Shown here piece by piece: positions 22,801 through 34,100 of a stretch of 64,000 bases of DNA. The stretch spans positions 1 through 64,000 of the forward strand of contig NIVC01000524.1 of the NCBI GenBank assembly GCA_002269645.1, read 5' to 3'. The stretch comes from Macrostomum lignano. Taxonomy: Eukaryota. The notes beneath the pieces are model-generated. The model did not search any database. It saw only the letters and a program-made list of their open reading frames with translations, and was not told where the DNA came from. Position 1 is the stretch's first letter. Every line of letters starts with the position of its first letter. The translations under genes were made by a program, and so were the position numbers.

Positions 22801-25800
22801 TCGAAGAAAGTTTCGGTTTTCTTTCGTAGAACAAATTGTGCTGGACTTGCTGCTTTTGCACTGGGAATCTGTTTATTTGTTTGGCCATTTCTGGCACGTT
22901 TTAACCGCATCTAGCAATGTTTGTTTAGCATCTGTTTATGAACTTTTTAGCATCTGTTTATAATCTGCTTAGCATCTGTTTATAATCTGCTTAGCATCTG
23001 TTTATAATCTGTTTAGCATCTGTTTGTAATCTGCTTAGCATCTGTTTATAGTCTGCTTAGCATCTGTTTATAATCTGCTTAGCATCTGTTTATAATCTGT
23101 TTAGCATCTGCTTGTAATCTGCTTAGCATCTGTTTGTAATCTGCTTAGCATCTGTTTATAATCTGCTTAGCATCTGTTTGTAATCTGCTTAGCATCTGTT
23201 TATAATCTGCTTAGCATCTGTTTATAATCTGTTTAGCATCTGTTTGTAATCTGCTTAGCATCTGTTTATAGTCTGCTTAGCATCTGTTTATAATCTGCTT
23301 AGCATCTGTTTGTAATCTGCTTAGCATCTGTTTGTAATCTGTTTAGCATCTGTTTGTAATCTGCTTAGCATCTGTTTATAATCTGCTTAGCATCTGTTTA
23401 TAATCTGCTTAGCATCTGTTTGTAATCTGCTTAGCATCTGTTTATAATCTGCTTAGCATCTGTTTATAATCTGCTTAGCATCTGTTTATAATCTGCTTAT
23501 GGCCACAGTTATATGCATATATCGATTTAATACAACGGGCCAAGGCCCGTGAACAGATTGGAGGCTGGCTGTTGATATTGAACTAATCTAATATTGACTT
23601 GCTGTTTATGGAGGTGAGAGAACGGGGGATAAGTTCAGGATAACTGCCGGTCAGTTACGGATGCATTGAGGGAGACAAGAGAGAAGAGAGAGAATTGAGG
23701 GAGACAAGAGAGAAAAGAGAGAATTGAGGGAGACAAGAGAGAAGAGAGAGAATTGAGGGAGACAAGAGAGAAGAGAGAGAATTGAGGAAGACAAGAGAGG
23801 GAGAGAGAGAATTGAGGGAGACAAGAGAGAGGAGAGAGAATTGAGGGAGACAAGAGAGAAAAGAGAGAATTGAGGGAGGCAAGAGAGAGGAGAGAGAATT
23901 GAGGGAGACAAGAGAGAAGAGAGAGAATTGAGGGAGACAAGAGAGAAGAGAGAGAATTGAGGGAGACAAGAGAGAAGAGAGAGAATTGAGGGAGACAAGA
24001 GAGAGGAGAGAGAATTGAGGGAGACAAGAGAGAAAAGAGAGAATTGAGGGAGACAAGAGAGAAGAGAGAGAATTGAGGGAGACAAGAGAGAAGAGAGAGA
24101 ATTGAGGGAGACAAGAGAGAAAAGAGAGAATTGAGGGAGACAAGAGAGAAGAGAGAGAATTGAGGGAGACAAGAGAGAGGAGAGAGAATTGAGGGAGACA
24201 AGAGAGAAAAGAGAGAATTGAGGGAGACAAGAGAGAAGAGAGAGAATTGAGGGAGACAAGAGAGAAGAGAGAGAATTGAGGGAGACAAGAGAGAAGAGAG
24301 AGAATTGAGGGAGACAAGAGAGAAGAGAGAGAATTGAGGGAGACAAGAGAGAGGAGAGAGAATTGAGGGAGACAAGAGAGAAGAGAGAGAATTGAGGAAG
24401 ACAAGAGAGGGAGAGAGAGAATTGAGGGAGACAAGAGAGAGGAGAGAGAATTGAGGGAGACAAGAGAGAAGAGAGAGAATTGAGGAAGACAAGAGAGAGG
24501 AGAGAGAATTGAGGGAGACAAGAGAGAGGAGAGAGAATTGAGGGAGACAAGAGAGAGGAGAGAGAATTGAGGGAGACAAGAGAGAAGAGAGAGAATTGAG
24601 GGAGACAAGAGAGAGGAGAGAGAATTGAGGGAGACAAGAGAGAGGAGAGAGAATTGAGGGAGACAAGAGAGAGGAGAGAGAATTGAGGGAGACAAGAGAG
24701 AGGAGAGAGAATTGAGGGAGACAAGAGAGAAAGAGAGAATTGAGGGAGACAAGAGAGAAGAGAGAGAATTGAGGGAGACAAGAGAGAGGAGAGAGAATTG
24801 AGGGAGACAAGAGAGAAGAGAGAGAATTGAGGGAGACAAGAGAGAAGAGAGAGAATTGAGGGAGACAAGAGAGAGGAGAGAGAATTGAGGGAGACAAGAG
24901 AGAAAAGAGAGAATTGAGGGAGACAAGAGAGAAGAGAGAGAATTAAGGGAGACAAGAGAGAAGAGAGAGAATTGAGGGAGACAAGAGAGAGGAGAGAGAA
25001 TTGAGGGAGACAAGAGAGAAGAGAGAGAATTGAGGGAGACAAGAGAGAAGAGAGAGAATTGAGGGAGACAAGAGAGAAGAGAGAGAATTGAGGGAGACAA
25101 GAGAGAGGAGAGAGAATTGAGGGAGACAAGAGAGAGGAGAGAGAATTGAGGGAGACAAGAGAGAAGAGAGAGAATTGAGGGAGACAAGAGAGAAAAGAGA
25201 GAATTGAGGGAGACAAGAGAGAAAAGAGAGAATTGAGGGAGACAAGAGAGAAGAGAGAGAATTGAGGGAGACAAGAGAGAGGAGAGAGAATTGAGGGAGA
25301 CAAGAGAGAAGAGAGAGAATTGAGGGAGACAAGAGAGAAGAGAGAGAATTGAGGGAGACAAGAGAGAGGAGAGAGAATTGAGGGAGACAAGAGAGAAGAG
25401 AGAGAATTGAGGGAGACAAGAGAGAAGAGAGAATTGAGGGAGACAAGAGAGAAGAGAGAATTGAGGGAGACAAGAGAGAGGAGAGAGAATTGAGGGAGAC
25501 AAGAGAGAGGAGAGAGAATTGAGGGAGACAAGAGAGAAAAGAGAGAATTGAGGGAGACAAGAGAGAAAAGAGAGAATTGAGGGAGACAAGAGAGAAGAGA
25601 GAGAATTGAGGGAGACAAGAGAGAGGAGAGAGAATTGAGGGAGACAAGAGAGAAGAGAGAGAATTGAGGGAGACAAGAGAGAGGAGAGAGAATTGAGGGA
25701 GACAAGAGAGAAGAGAGAGAATTGAGGGAGACAAGAGAGAAGAGAGAGAATTGAGGGAGACAAGAGAGAGAGAGAGAATTGAGGGAGACAAGAGAGAAGA

Positions 25801-27442
25801 GAGAGAATTGAGGGAGACAAGAGAGAAGAGAGAGAATTGAGGGAGACAAGAGAGAAGAGAGAGAATTGAGGGAGACAAGAGAGAGGAGAGAGAATTGAGG
25901 GAGACAAGAGAGAAGAGAGAGAATTGAGGGAGACAAGAGAGAGGAGAGAGAATTGAGGGAGACAAGAGAGAGGAGAGAGAATTGAGGGAGACAAGAGAGA
26001 AGAGAGAGAATTGAGGGAGACAAGAGAGAGGAGAGAGAATTGAGGGAGACAAGAGAGAAGAGAGAGAATTGAGGGAGACAAGAGAGAAGAGAGAGAATTG
26101 AGGGAGACAAGAGAGAGAGAGAGAATTGATTATATTCCGGTTTTCCATTTCACGCGCCCAACTTGTATCGAAGTCCATGAGCACGAGAATTCGTCCAGTT
26201 TTGTAAAAGAATCCGGGAAATAAATGCGAATTCGGAAACCCGCACCGATCCTGATTGAGGAAGATAAAATGCAGATGGGAGCCGAGGATTATCTGTGCTG
26301 GTGCAGCGTTTCTGAGCATCGAATTACTGTGCCTGTATAGATATTATTTATTTAATACTTCGCCGCGCGCCGAATCAGTGGAGATAAAAGAATCGGGGGA
26401 GGGGGGGGGGGCGAGGGTTCCAGTTGCTTTGCAGACCGGCTTTTGATAATAATCGCGCGTTTTTTTGTGGCTGTAATTCACCCGCGCGTGGGAAACTTGG
26501 CCGAAGAAATCGAAGAAAGTTTCGGTTTTCTTTCGTAGAACAAATTGTGCTGGACTTGCTGCTTTTGCACTGGGAATCTGTTTATTTGTTTGGCCATTTC
26601 TGGCACGTTTTAACCGCATCTAGCAATGTTTGTTTAGCATCTGTTTATGAACTTTTTAGCATCTGTTTATAATCTGCTTAGCATCTGTTTATAATCTGCT
26701 TAGCATCTGTTTGTAATCTGCTTAGCATCTGTTTATAGTCTGCTTAGCATCTGTTTATAATCTGTTTAGCATCTGTTTGTAATCTGCTTAGCATCTGTTT
26801 ATAGTCTGTTTAGCATCTGTTTATAATCTGCTTAGCATCTGTTTATAATCTGTTTAGCATCTGCTTGTAATCTGCTTAGCATCTGTTTGTAATCTGCTTA
26901 GCATCTGTTTATAATCTGCTTAGCATCTGTTTGTAATCTGCTTAGCATCTGTTTATAATCTGCTTAGCATCTGTTTATAATCTGTTTAGCATCTGTTTGT
27001 AATCTGCTTAGCATCTGTTTATAGTCTGCTTAGCATCTGTTTATAATCTGCTTAGCATCTGTTTGTAATCTGCTTAGCATCTGTTTGTAATCTGTTTAGC
27101 ATCTGTTTGTAATCTGCTTAGCATCTGTTTATAATCTGCTTAGCATCTGTTTGTAATCTGCTTAGCATCTGTTTATAATCTGCTTAGCATCTGTTTGTAA
27201 TCTGCTTAGCATCTGTTTATAATCTGCTTAGCATCTGTTTGTAATCTGCTTAGCATCTGTTTGTAATCTGTTTAGCATCTGTTTGTAATCTGCTTAGCAT
27301 CTGTTTATAATCTGCTTAGCATCTGTTTATAATCTGCTTATGGCCACAGTTATATGCATATATCGATTTAATACAACGGGCCAAGGCCCGTGAACAGATT
27401 GGAGGCTGGCTGTTGATATTGAACTAATCTAATATTGACTTG
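7895..27442 (-). CDS. Candidate 3' part of a multi-exon gene with a 4x repeated three-exon cassette and GPI-signal-like C-terminus (possible IPT/TIG-like surface protein)
   Basis: Cassette exons A/B/C (68/96/88 nt). Copy4: 27375-27442, 26482-26577, 26163-26250. Copy3: 23534-23601, 22773-22868, 22476-22544 (19 nt short). Copy2: 20474-20541, 19669-19764, 19352-19439. Copy1: 17208-17275, 16403-16498, 16087-16174. Downstream exons: 8475-8634 and 7895-8370. All junctions are GT-AG with matching phases (0-2-2-0, then 0-1) except copy3 exon C. Some donors are weak. No transcript evidence. Confidence 0.45.
8840..16051 (+). repeat. 29-bp purine-rich satellite (AATTGAGGGAGACAAGAGAGA[A/G]GAGAGAG)n, ~7.2 kb
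   Basis: The unit read directly is 29 bp. The pyrimidine strand has almost no stop codons, which gives artefactual ORFs of up to ~2500 aa in all three minus frames. Confidence 0.98.
16546..17172. repeat. 22-bp minisatellite (GCTTAGCATCTGTTT[A/G]TAATCT)n, copy 1; also about 19813-20437, 22915-23497, 26625-27338
   Basis: Directly visible tandem arrays inside each macro-unit. Confidence 0.96.
17339..26127 (+). repeat. Three further 29-bp satellite blocks (17339-19316, 20605-22440, 23665-26127)
   Basis: Same unit as 8840-16051, with block lengths of about 2.0, 1.8 and 2.5 kb. Confidence 0.97.
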
Positions 27443-27779
27443 CTGTTTATGGAGGTGAGAGAACGGGGGATAAGTTCAGGATAACTGCCGGTCAGTTACG
27501 GATGCAGCTTAATCTATTAGTAAAAATTGATATTCTGCAGGACAATGCTTTGTAATAGGAGAAATAGAAGAATTTTGCAAGAAAAGGACTGATTGACTAT
27601 GACGGAAGGCCGGGCGCTGTCATCGTTGCTGTCCTGAAGGACCTGAAATGAATTTCCAACAGTTGCCCATGATCTTTCAGGTATTGACAAAGGGGACATG
27701 CAGGGAAGAAGAGGCTACAGAGTTCGAGTCGCATTCAGCACGGCTCGTTAGGCCTGTCCGATTTGATTAAAATATACCA

Positions 27780-28692
27780 GGACTGTCAAGACATGCATGC
27801 AAGCTCTTGCGTACAACGTGTGTACAACGTGCCAGAGGCAGCTGGTTTCCGCCATCATGGCGCTGTATCATGGCACGAACGCTGCTGTGCTGACACCGGA
27901 CGGCCTGTCGGATTTCTTTGAGACATTCTCTGGGGTGCTTCAGGGAGATACACGATTGCACCATTCCTGTTCGTCCTGGTGCTTGACTGGGTGCTGCGGA
28001 CTGCTCTCCCTTCTAACGATGACGGCTTCCTGCTGCAGCGACGCGTGGGTCGACGCCAACCGAAAAGGCGGCTCAGCGTGCGGGGCTACGCCGATGATCT
28101 CGCCCTGCTGTCCTCGACCGTCGAGGGCGCCCAACGCCAGCTGGACCGGCTGGTGACCGTTGCGGTGAGTGTCGGCCTGGTACGTCGTGCTCTGCGTGCC
28201 GGACGACATCGAGGCTGCAATTTTCTGCCGAGGCGCCGACGGGCGGGTGACGAAGCTTCCGTGCTGTCAGCAGTTCGTCTACTTCGGAGGTCTGGTGACT
28301 GACGTTCGCGAGGGATGTCCTGCAGTCCGAGGCCCTGCCCGACAGCCAGAGGGCGGCGTTGTTCCAGGCGGTGATCAAGACCGTCCTGTTGAAGAATGCC
28401 GAGACTGGGACGCTGACAGGTTCGCTCGAACAACAGGTCGATGCGGCGCGCGCTGGCCTGCTGCGCGCCGCCTTCAAGATCGGCTACGAGCGAGTGACCA
28501 ATGCGGCACTCTATCGCCGCACCGGCCTGTCCCGTCCCAGCGAACTGTTGCGCCGTCGGTGACTCCAGCTGGCAGGCCACATCATCCGAGCCGAGTCGTA
28601 CTGCCCACAGCCGGTGCAGGAGGTGCTGCTGCTGACGCTGCAGGCACCCTACCGCGGGGGCAGGCGCGCACTCGGCGTTTCATCGACTGCCT
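27780..28692 (+). mobile_element. 5'-truncated, frameshifted non-LTR retrotransposon RT fragment (RTE-like)
   Basis: Translated pieces: LVSAIMALY, GVLQGDT, LDWVLR, GYADDLALLS, FQAVIKTVLL.NAET.TL, RRR*LQLAGHIIR. These match the RT and C-terminal region of RTE-type LINEs. Confidence 0.88.
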
Positions 28693-28840
28693 GACTGACT
28701 GACTGACTGACTGACTGACTGACTGACTGACTGACTGACTGACTGACTGACTGACTGACTGACTGACTGACTGACTGACTGACTGACTGACTGACTGACT
28801 GACTGACTGACTGACTGACTGACTGACTGACTGACTGACT

Positions 28841-28872
<32 letters not shown>

Positions 28873-28887
28873 GACTGACTGACTGAC
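28693..28887. repeat. (GACT)n microsatellite, ~49 units
   Basis: Directly visible, with one GACG variant unit. Confidence 0.99.
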
Positions 28888-29242
28888 ACGGATATGATGG
28901 CTGCCTGAAGTCATTGGCATGCAGGTCAAGAGCGCGCCCTCGATGGCCCGAATTTCCAGTGCAGGTCCTCAGCTCGCAATCGTTGAAGAAGAAAGTCGGT
29001 AGGTACTGATTTTTGCAATATTCTTTTGCCCAGCATTAGCGGCAGTTCTTTGCTATCATACGAATTTCATCGAGCTATTAATTATTCTATTTGGCTGAGG
29101 CAGTCTTTTATTCAATGCGTCGCTTTTTCAAAAGGCTCGGCGAATGCATACGGGATAAAACAGCATACGGGATAAAATATATTGCACTGAGCGACTTTGA
29201 ATTGCTAAAATCAAGCTGCAGGATTCAACCTGTAGAGAGAAG

Positions 29243-29510
29243 AAGGAGAAGGGGGAATCTGGAGAGAGAGAGAGAAAGAGAGAGAGAGTCAGAGAGAGGA
29301 GAGAAGAAGAGAGGAGGAGAGAGGAAGAGATAGGAAAGAGTTAGAGAGGAGAGAGAGAGGAGAGAGAGGAAGAGATAGGAAAGAGTTAGAGAGGAGAGAG
29401 AGAGGAGAGAGAGGAAGAGATAGGAAAGAGTTAGAGAGGAGAGAGAGAGGAAGAGATAGGAAAGAGTTAGAGAGGGACAGCCAGAGAAAAGAGTCAGAGA
29501 AAGGAGAGAG
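29243..29510 (+). repeat. GA-rich low-complexity repeat including several GAGGAAGAGATAGGAAAGAGTTAGA copies
   Basis: Directly visible. Confidence 0.9.
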
Positions 29511-30093
29511 GGACAGCCGGCAGTGAACCTGGGGTCAGAAGAGAACAGTTCAAGTCAGAAAAGAGAAGCCGTACGACACGAGCAGAGGCCAGAACTGCTG
29601 CGGCCAGAACAGTCCATAAACCAAAGTCGGGGGGCCACCAGCGAATCGGTTTAAAATTTTTAAAACTTACAAAATCGAGGCTGATTTGGTTACCAGGCGG
29701 ATCCGAGCGCCAGCTGTTTACTCAGCATGGAACGCCTGGCATTCCAGGGTCAAAGAAGAAAAGCAAGAGAGACCGCTGCCATGCACTCATTTTTGCTGCT
29801 TTTAGAGGCAGAGAGAAGGCGTCGGCAGCGGCAGCCTGGGCAAACACCGAAGGGCTAAGGTTGGGAAACTTCAAGCCGCTGTTGCTCAGCCATGGAGATC
29901 GGGGATTCTAGAATCCGGCTTAGCATCTCAAGGGTCTATATATAGATTAACAGGTAATGTAATACGCTCGTAACCATTGATTGAAAGTTGAAAGTGCAGG
30001 GCTGAAAACGGCAGTTCTCAAAGAAGCGAGCGATGCGCCGGGTCTGCTCACGCTGAAGTGTAGAAATGATGAGGGCCATTTTTAATGTAATAT

Positions 30094-30194
30094 TACTACT
30101 AGGCTTTCGAGTGCGATAATAGTCTTGGCTCGAGTGCGCGAAGCGAAGCGCACGAGTGCCATAGACTATTATCGCACTCGAAAGCCTAGTAGTA
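30094..30194. other. 101-bp hairpin/cruciform with perfect 32-bp arms
   Basis: 30094-30125 TACTACTAGGCTTTCGAGTGCGATAATAGTCT is the exact reverse complement of 30163-30194. The inner segment also pairs partly (TGGC/GCCA, GTGCGC/GCGCAC) around GAAGCGAA. Confidence 0.95.
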
Positions 30195-30355
30195 GGCATA
30201 TTGTCCCATGAAAAAATTCGTCGTCACAGCACTGTACTTTATTATCTGCACGCTTTTTGTTCCTGCAGCTAGGAGTTCCTACCATAGACATTTTCTTAGT
30301 GACCATAGACAATTTCTTGCTATGCACAAGCTTCTGATCGTGAGTTTGGCCCCAT

Positions 30356-30808
30356 ATGGATTCATTATTTCCTAACGGCATGAGAAGCGGCATGACGGCC
30401 GGTGAGATCTCCCACCATTTGGAGTGGGCCGACGTTGAGAAGCTTGTGGACGAGCAGTTACGTCTCCAATCAACTAGTGTGGACGACAACGAGGAGCTGA
30501 ACCGCCTATTCGACTCCATCCCTGATTTGAACGACGACTTGGCCTCGATCGACCTTGACGCATCAATCCGGGCGCTGGAGCAAGAGACCAATGTAAATCG
30601 TCTAAGAAGCATGAGGCTCGATACGTGCGAAATTTCGCGATTTCTTGGCCAAGTATCCGCACCTGCGCGTCGATTTGGACACCTCGCAACCTGAGGGGCT
30701 GAGCGTTGGCCTGCACTACTTTTACGGCACTCTTCGCAAGACTGATGGCCAGCCGTATGCTCCTAGCAGCCTCGTGTGCATTCGCGCTGCCTTGTTCCGC
30801 TACCTGAT
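30356..30808 (+). pseudogene. Truncated, frameshifted Crypton-type tyrosine recombinase / DUF3504-family N-terminal fragment
   Basis: LHYFYGTLRKTDGQPYAPSSLVCIRAALFRYL fits the L..FY..vRK.DG..Y...SL..IRA.L.RYL pattern of Crypton/ZMYM/QRICH1-type proteins. It is preceded by an acidic ORF in another frame and breaks into a repeat before any catalytic R-H-R-Y region. Confidence 0.65.
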
Positions 30809-30810
30809 GA

Positions 30811-30932
30811 TTATTATCTGCACGCTTTTTTCATTATCTGCACGCTTTTTTCATTATCTGCACGCTTTTTTTCATTATATGCACGCTTTTTTCATTATCT
30901 GCACTCTTTTTTCATTATCTGCACGCTTTTTT
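30811..30932. repeat. ~20-bp tandem repeat (ATTATCTGCACGCTTTTTTC)n, ~6 copies; an isolated copy at ~30240
   Basis: Directly visible. Confidence 0.9.
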
Positions 30933-31199
30933 GGCTACGCCGCATAGGGTTGGGCCATAGACTGTAAGATTAATGCACGCTTTTTGGACCAAAAACGCAC
31001 GCTCAGTCATGGGACAATAGGGTTTAAAATAGAATATCTGGGGTCTAAGGCCACTGAGGTCTCTCTCTCGACTCTCTCTGTTTTCCTAGCTAGAGCCTTC
31101 AGCTCCATCTCCTTTTGGCCCCGCCGTTGTATATCAGTTTCGTCTATGGCCCAGCCCTACCAGTGCCTTGCACGCGAAGGCGTATTCAGCATGCCAGTG

Positions 31200-34100
31200 A
31201 AGTATGAGACAGACCAGGCCTATGGGCCTGGTAAAGGCTGATGGGAAGTCTGCACCCTCTATTTGCCGCTGGCAGCCGCAGACCCCCCCAGGCTGTCTCG
31301 CAAGCCGACCCAGGGGTACCCGTCCCCGCGTGTGTTCAAGGCAGACCCTAGGGCTGCTGGACTGACTGGGCTCCGGCGCTGGGGATCCATCCAGTGGCTT
31401 GGGCCGAACTTGGGTATGCGAATCTGGCTCGCCAGCCTGCAGGCCGTGGTGCTGCACAACGTACCCTCTAATGCCTAAGGTGTTTGACCGTGCCGATGGG
31501 CTGGAAGGCCGGGGAGTAGTCCGGTCGCTAGCGGTCCCCCTTTTTCAAACCGGCTGGCTTGAGGTGTCGGCCAGTCGGGTACTCAACTCGCGTAACGAGT
31601 AGCCCTCCCCCGCTTTTCAGCTATGGCCACTAACGCCACCATCCCAAAGCGGGCGGGATCAGCCGCTCTGGTAGCTACCACTGGTAGCTCCAACGCCCAA
31701 CCTAGTCTAACCGGGCCAGCTGACGCTGCCGCCGATCGTCCTGGCCGCCAGTCTAGCCGACCGCGCACGGCCGAGTCCCGACGGCAGCGAAACATCCGCC
31801 GCAACCGTAAGCGGCAGGAGAAGCGGGCTGCTGCTGCGTCTGAGGAGGGCAGGCAAGCCGCGGTGAGGCCTTCGGGAGCCACCGCGGCGGGGAAGCCCTC
31901 TGGGGAGTCCAGTGGCGCGACTGGGCTGTCAGGAACCGCCGTATCCTCGAACTCTCAGGGGGGCAACCCTGCCGGCCTACCGCCTTCCAAGGACAAAGCG
32001 GCCCCGCTCAAGACCTCCGAGTCCTACGCCTCCAAGGTCAAGCAGCCGCTGCAACCCACCGTGATGATCCTCGGCGGGGACTTCGACCTGACGCCCGAGC
32101 AGCTCGACGTCGCGCGCACTATGGCGCACCATCGACGAGGGCCTGCTCAATCTAACACTGGAGGGCGTCTTCGTGGACATCTTTAAGTCCACCAAGGCGA
32201 ACGGGTGCATCCTGCTGTGGTGCAAATCCGAGGAGAGCACCCAGCTCCTGCGGGATCAGCTGCCCAAGTTCGACTGGCACAGCGACCTGGGCCAGCTGAC
32301 CTTCGGCCTGGAGAGCGAGCGGCCGAAGACCATCCGCCATCGGATTTGGGTCCCGGCCGACAGTGCGATCAAGTCCGGGGAGCAGCTGTGGCAGCTCCTG
32401 CTCAAGCGGCACCCGGATCTTGACGCCAGTGGTCTTGTGTACCACAACACGGTCCGAAAGGCTCAAACCTCACTTTGGTCTCCACCAACTGACCATCCTC
32501 CGCTGTGAGGAGGGCAAGGTGGAGACCAAGAACGACGGGAAGCGCGCCGCTCCCGGAGCTGGGGCTCAGGCTCCGCCGGCCAAGCGGCAGCAGCAACCCG
32601 ATCCCGAGCCTAACAAGGCTATTCGCGCTGCTGAGTCCGTCTCGCGCGGACGTAGACCCGCCCGCAGTAACCGGCGGTCCGGGCTAATCCAGCGCGCACT
32701 TGACGAAGCTCAGTCTACGAGACTTCACCTCGAGCAGACTCATGCCGCTCGGAAAACCACACAAAGCGAGCCGAAGGAGCTGGACGACGGCACGGCTCAA
32801 CCATCCAACTGGTGGATTGCCACCAGGAGGATGCTGCCGGCCGAGCTCAGACTCCCGACGGCGGGGCGCAAGGCAAAGGCAGCAGCCGTACCCCAGTCGT
32901 TGGGGAGGAGAGCGGTGCAGCGTGGCTAGGTGACTCACCTGCCGTGGGCGCCGTGTCCGTCTCCGCGGCGGCTGAAGAGGCGGCTGAGCCTGAGCCAATG
33001 GAAATTGGCGACTCAACTCTCACCGATGAGGCTGAGAATGAGTTGCCTTTCTCCTCCCCTGGACAGTAGACATGACTGTCTCCCAGGGCATTCACTGCTT
33101 GCAGGTCAGCCTGCAGCACAGCATTGCTGCTTTGGTCAACCTCTTGAAGCACACTGACCAATACGCGCCAGGGATTATCCTTATCCGGGAACCGTGGACG
33201 CTAAGGGGCAGGCAGCCCCCAACATGTCCCCACCGGCTGCCAGTGTTTAACCGCTGGCACCCGGGAGGGAAACCTGACACCAAGATCCTGCATCATGGTG
33301 TCCAGTTCTATTAACGCATGGCTCAGATCGGACCTGTCCATCAGGGACATCTGCGTCATCCAATCTGAAGACATACTCCCTGGGAGGACTACCCTCATCG
33401 CCTTGGTTTACCTACCGGGCGACGGCGAGATGATCCCAGGTCGAGCTTTGCTCCACCAGAAATTATGAGCTGCTTGTGGCAGGCGATATCAACGCCCACC
33501 ACACCCACTGGGGCAGTTCTGATATTAACCAGAGAGGTGAAGACTTCCTGGCTTATATAACTATTACTACCCTTAAGTTCTGTAACTCGGGTAGCACCCC
33601 TACCTTCAATAACGGACGCCGATCTGAGGTGCTGGATGCCACCCTCGCCACGCCCAGGCTCTTCCAGAGCACTAGGGAGTGGCGGGTGCTTCCTGAGGCG
33701 TCCCTCTCCGATCACAAGTTCATCTCTTTCACGCTGACCAGCGCCCGAAACGCAGGCCAGCTTTACTGGAAACGGAATGCTAGGAATACCGATTGGACCG
33801 CCTTCAGGCTTGCCTTGGAGGAGACCTATCGCTGCACTAGCGCTCCAGTCTCCATCAACACCTGCGAGGAAGCAGGTGAATTTTGCGGCCGTACTCACGG
33901 ACTCGCTCACTGCTGCCTTCGAAGCCTCATGCCCACTAAAGGCATATAAAGGCAAACAGTCGGCCCCTTGGTGGAACCCGCAGCTTGGCGACCTCCGTCG
34001 CAGAGCTAAAAGACTTCACAGTATGGCCCAAAAAATTAAAAACCCAGCCGATCAAACCGCCTACCTGAACTCTATCCACGAGTTCAAGAGGCAGGTTAGG

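Larger units (their letters stand above)
16052..27505. repeat. Composite macro-repeat: [~495-bp unique block U1][22-bp array][~165-bp unique block U2][29-bp array], four near-identical copies
   Basis: U1 (GATTATATTCCGGTTTTCC...) starts at 16052, 19317, 22441 and 26128. U2 (GGCCACAGTTATATGC...TTACGGATGCA) ends at about 17338, 20604, 23664 and 27505. Confidence 0.97.

Noticed and set aside
8546-26319. Very long Ser/Leu-rich minus-strand ORFs (up to 2565 aa)
   Set aside because: They are open in all three frames because the 29-bp pyrimidine strand lacks stop codons. These are satellite artefacts.
16052-27505. CRISPR-like repeat-spacer organisation
   Set aside because: The intervening blocks are identical rather than unique spacers, there are no cas genes, and the context is eukaryotic.
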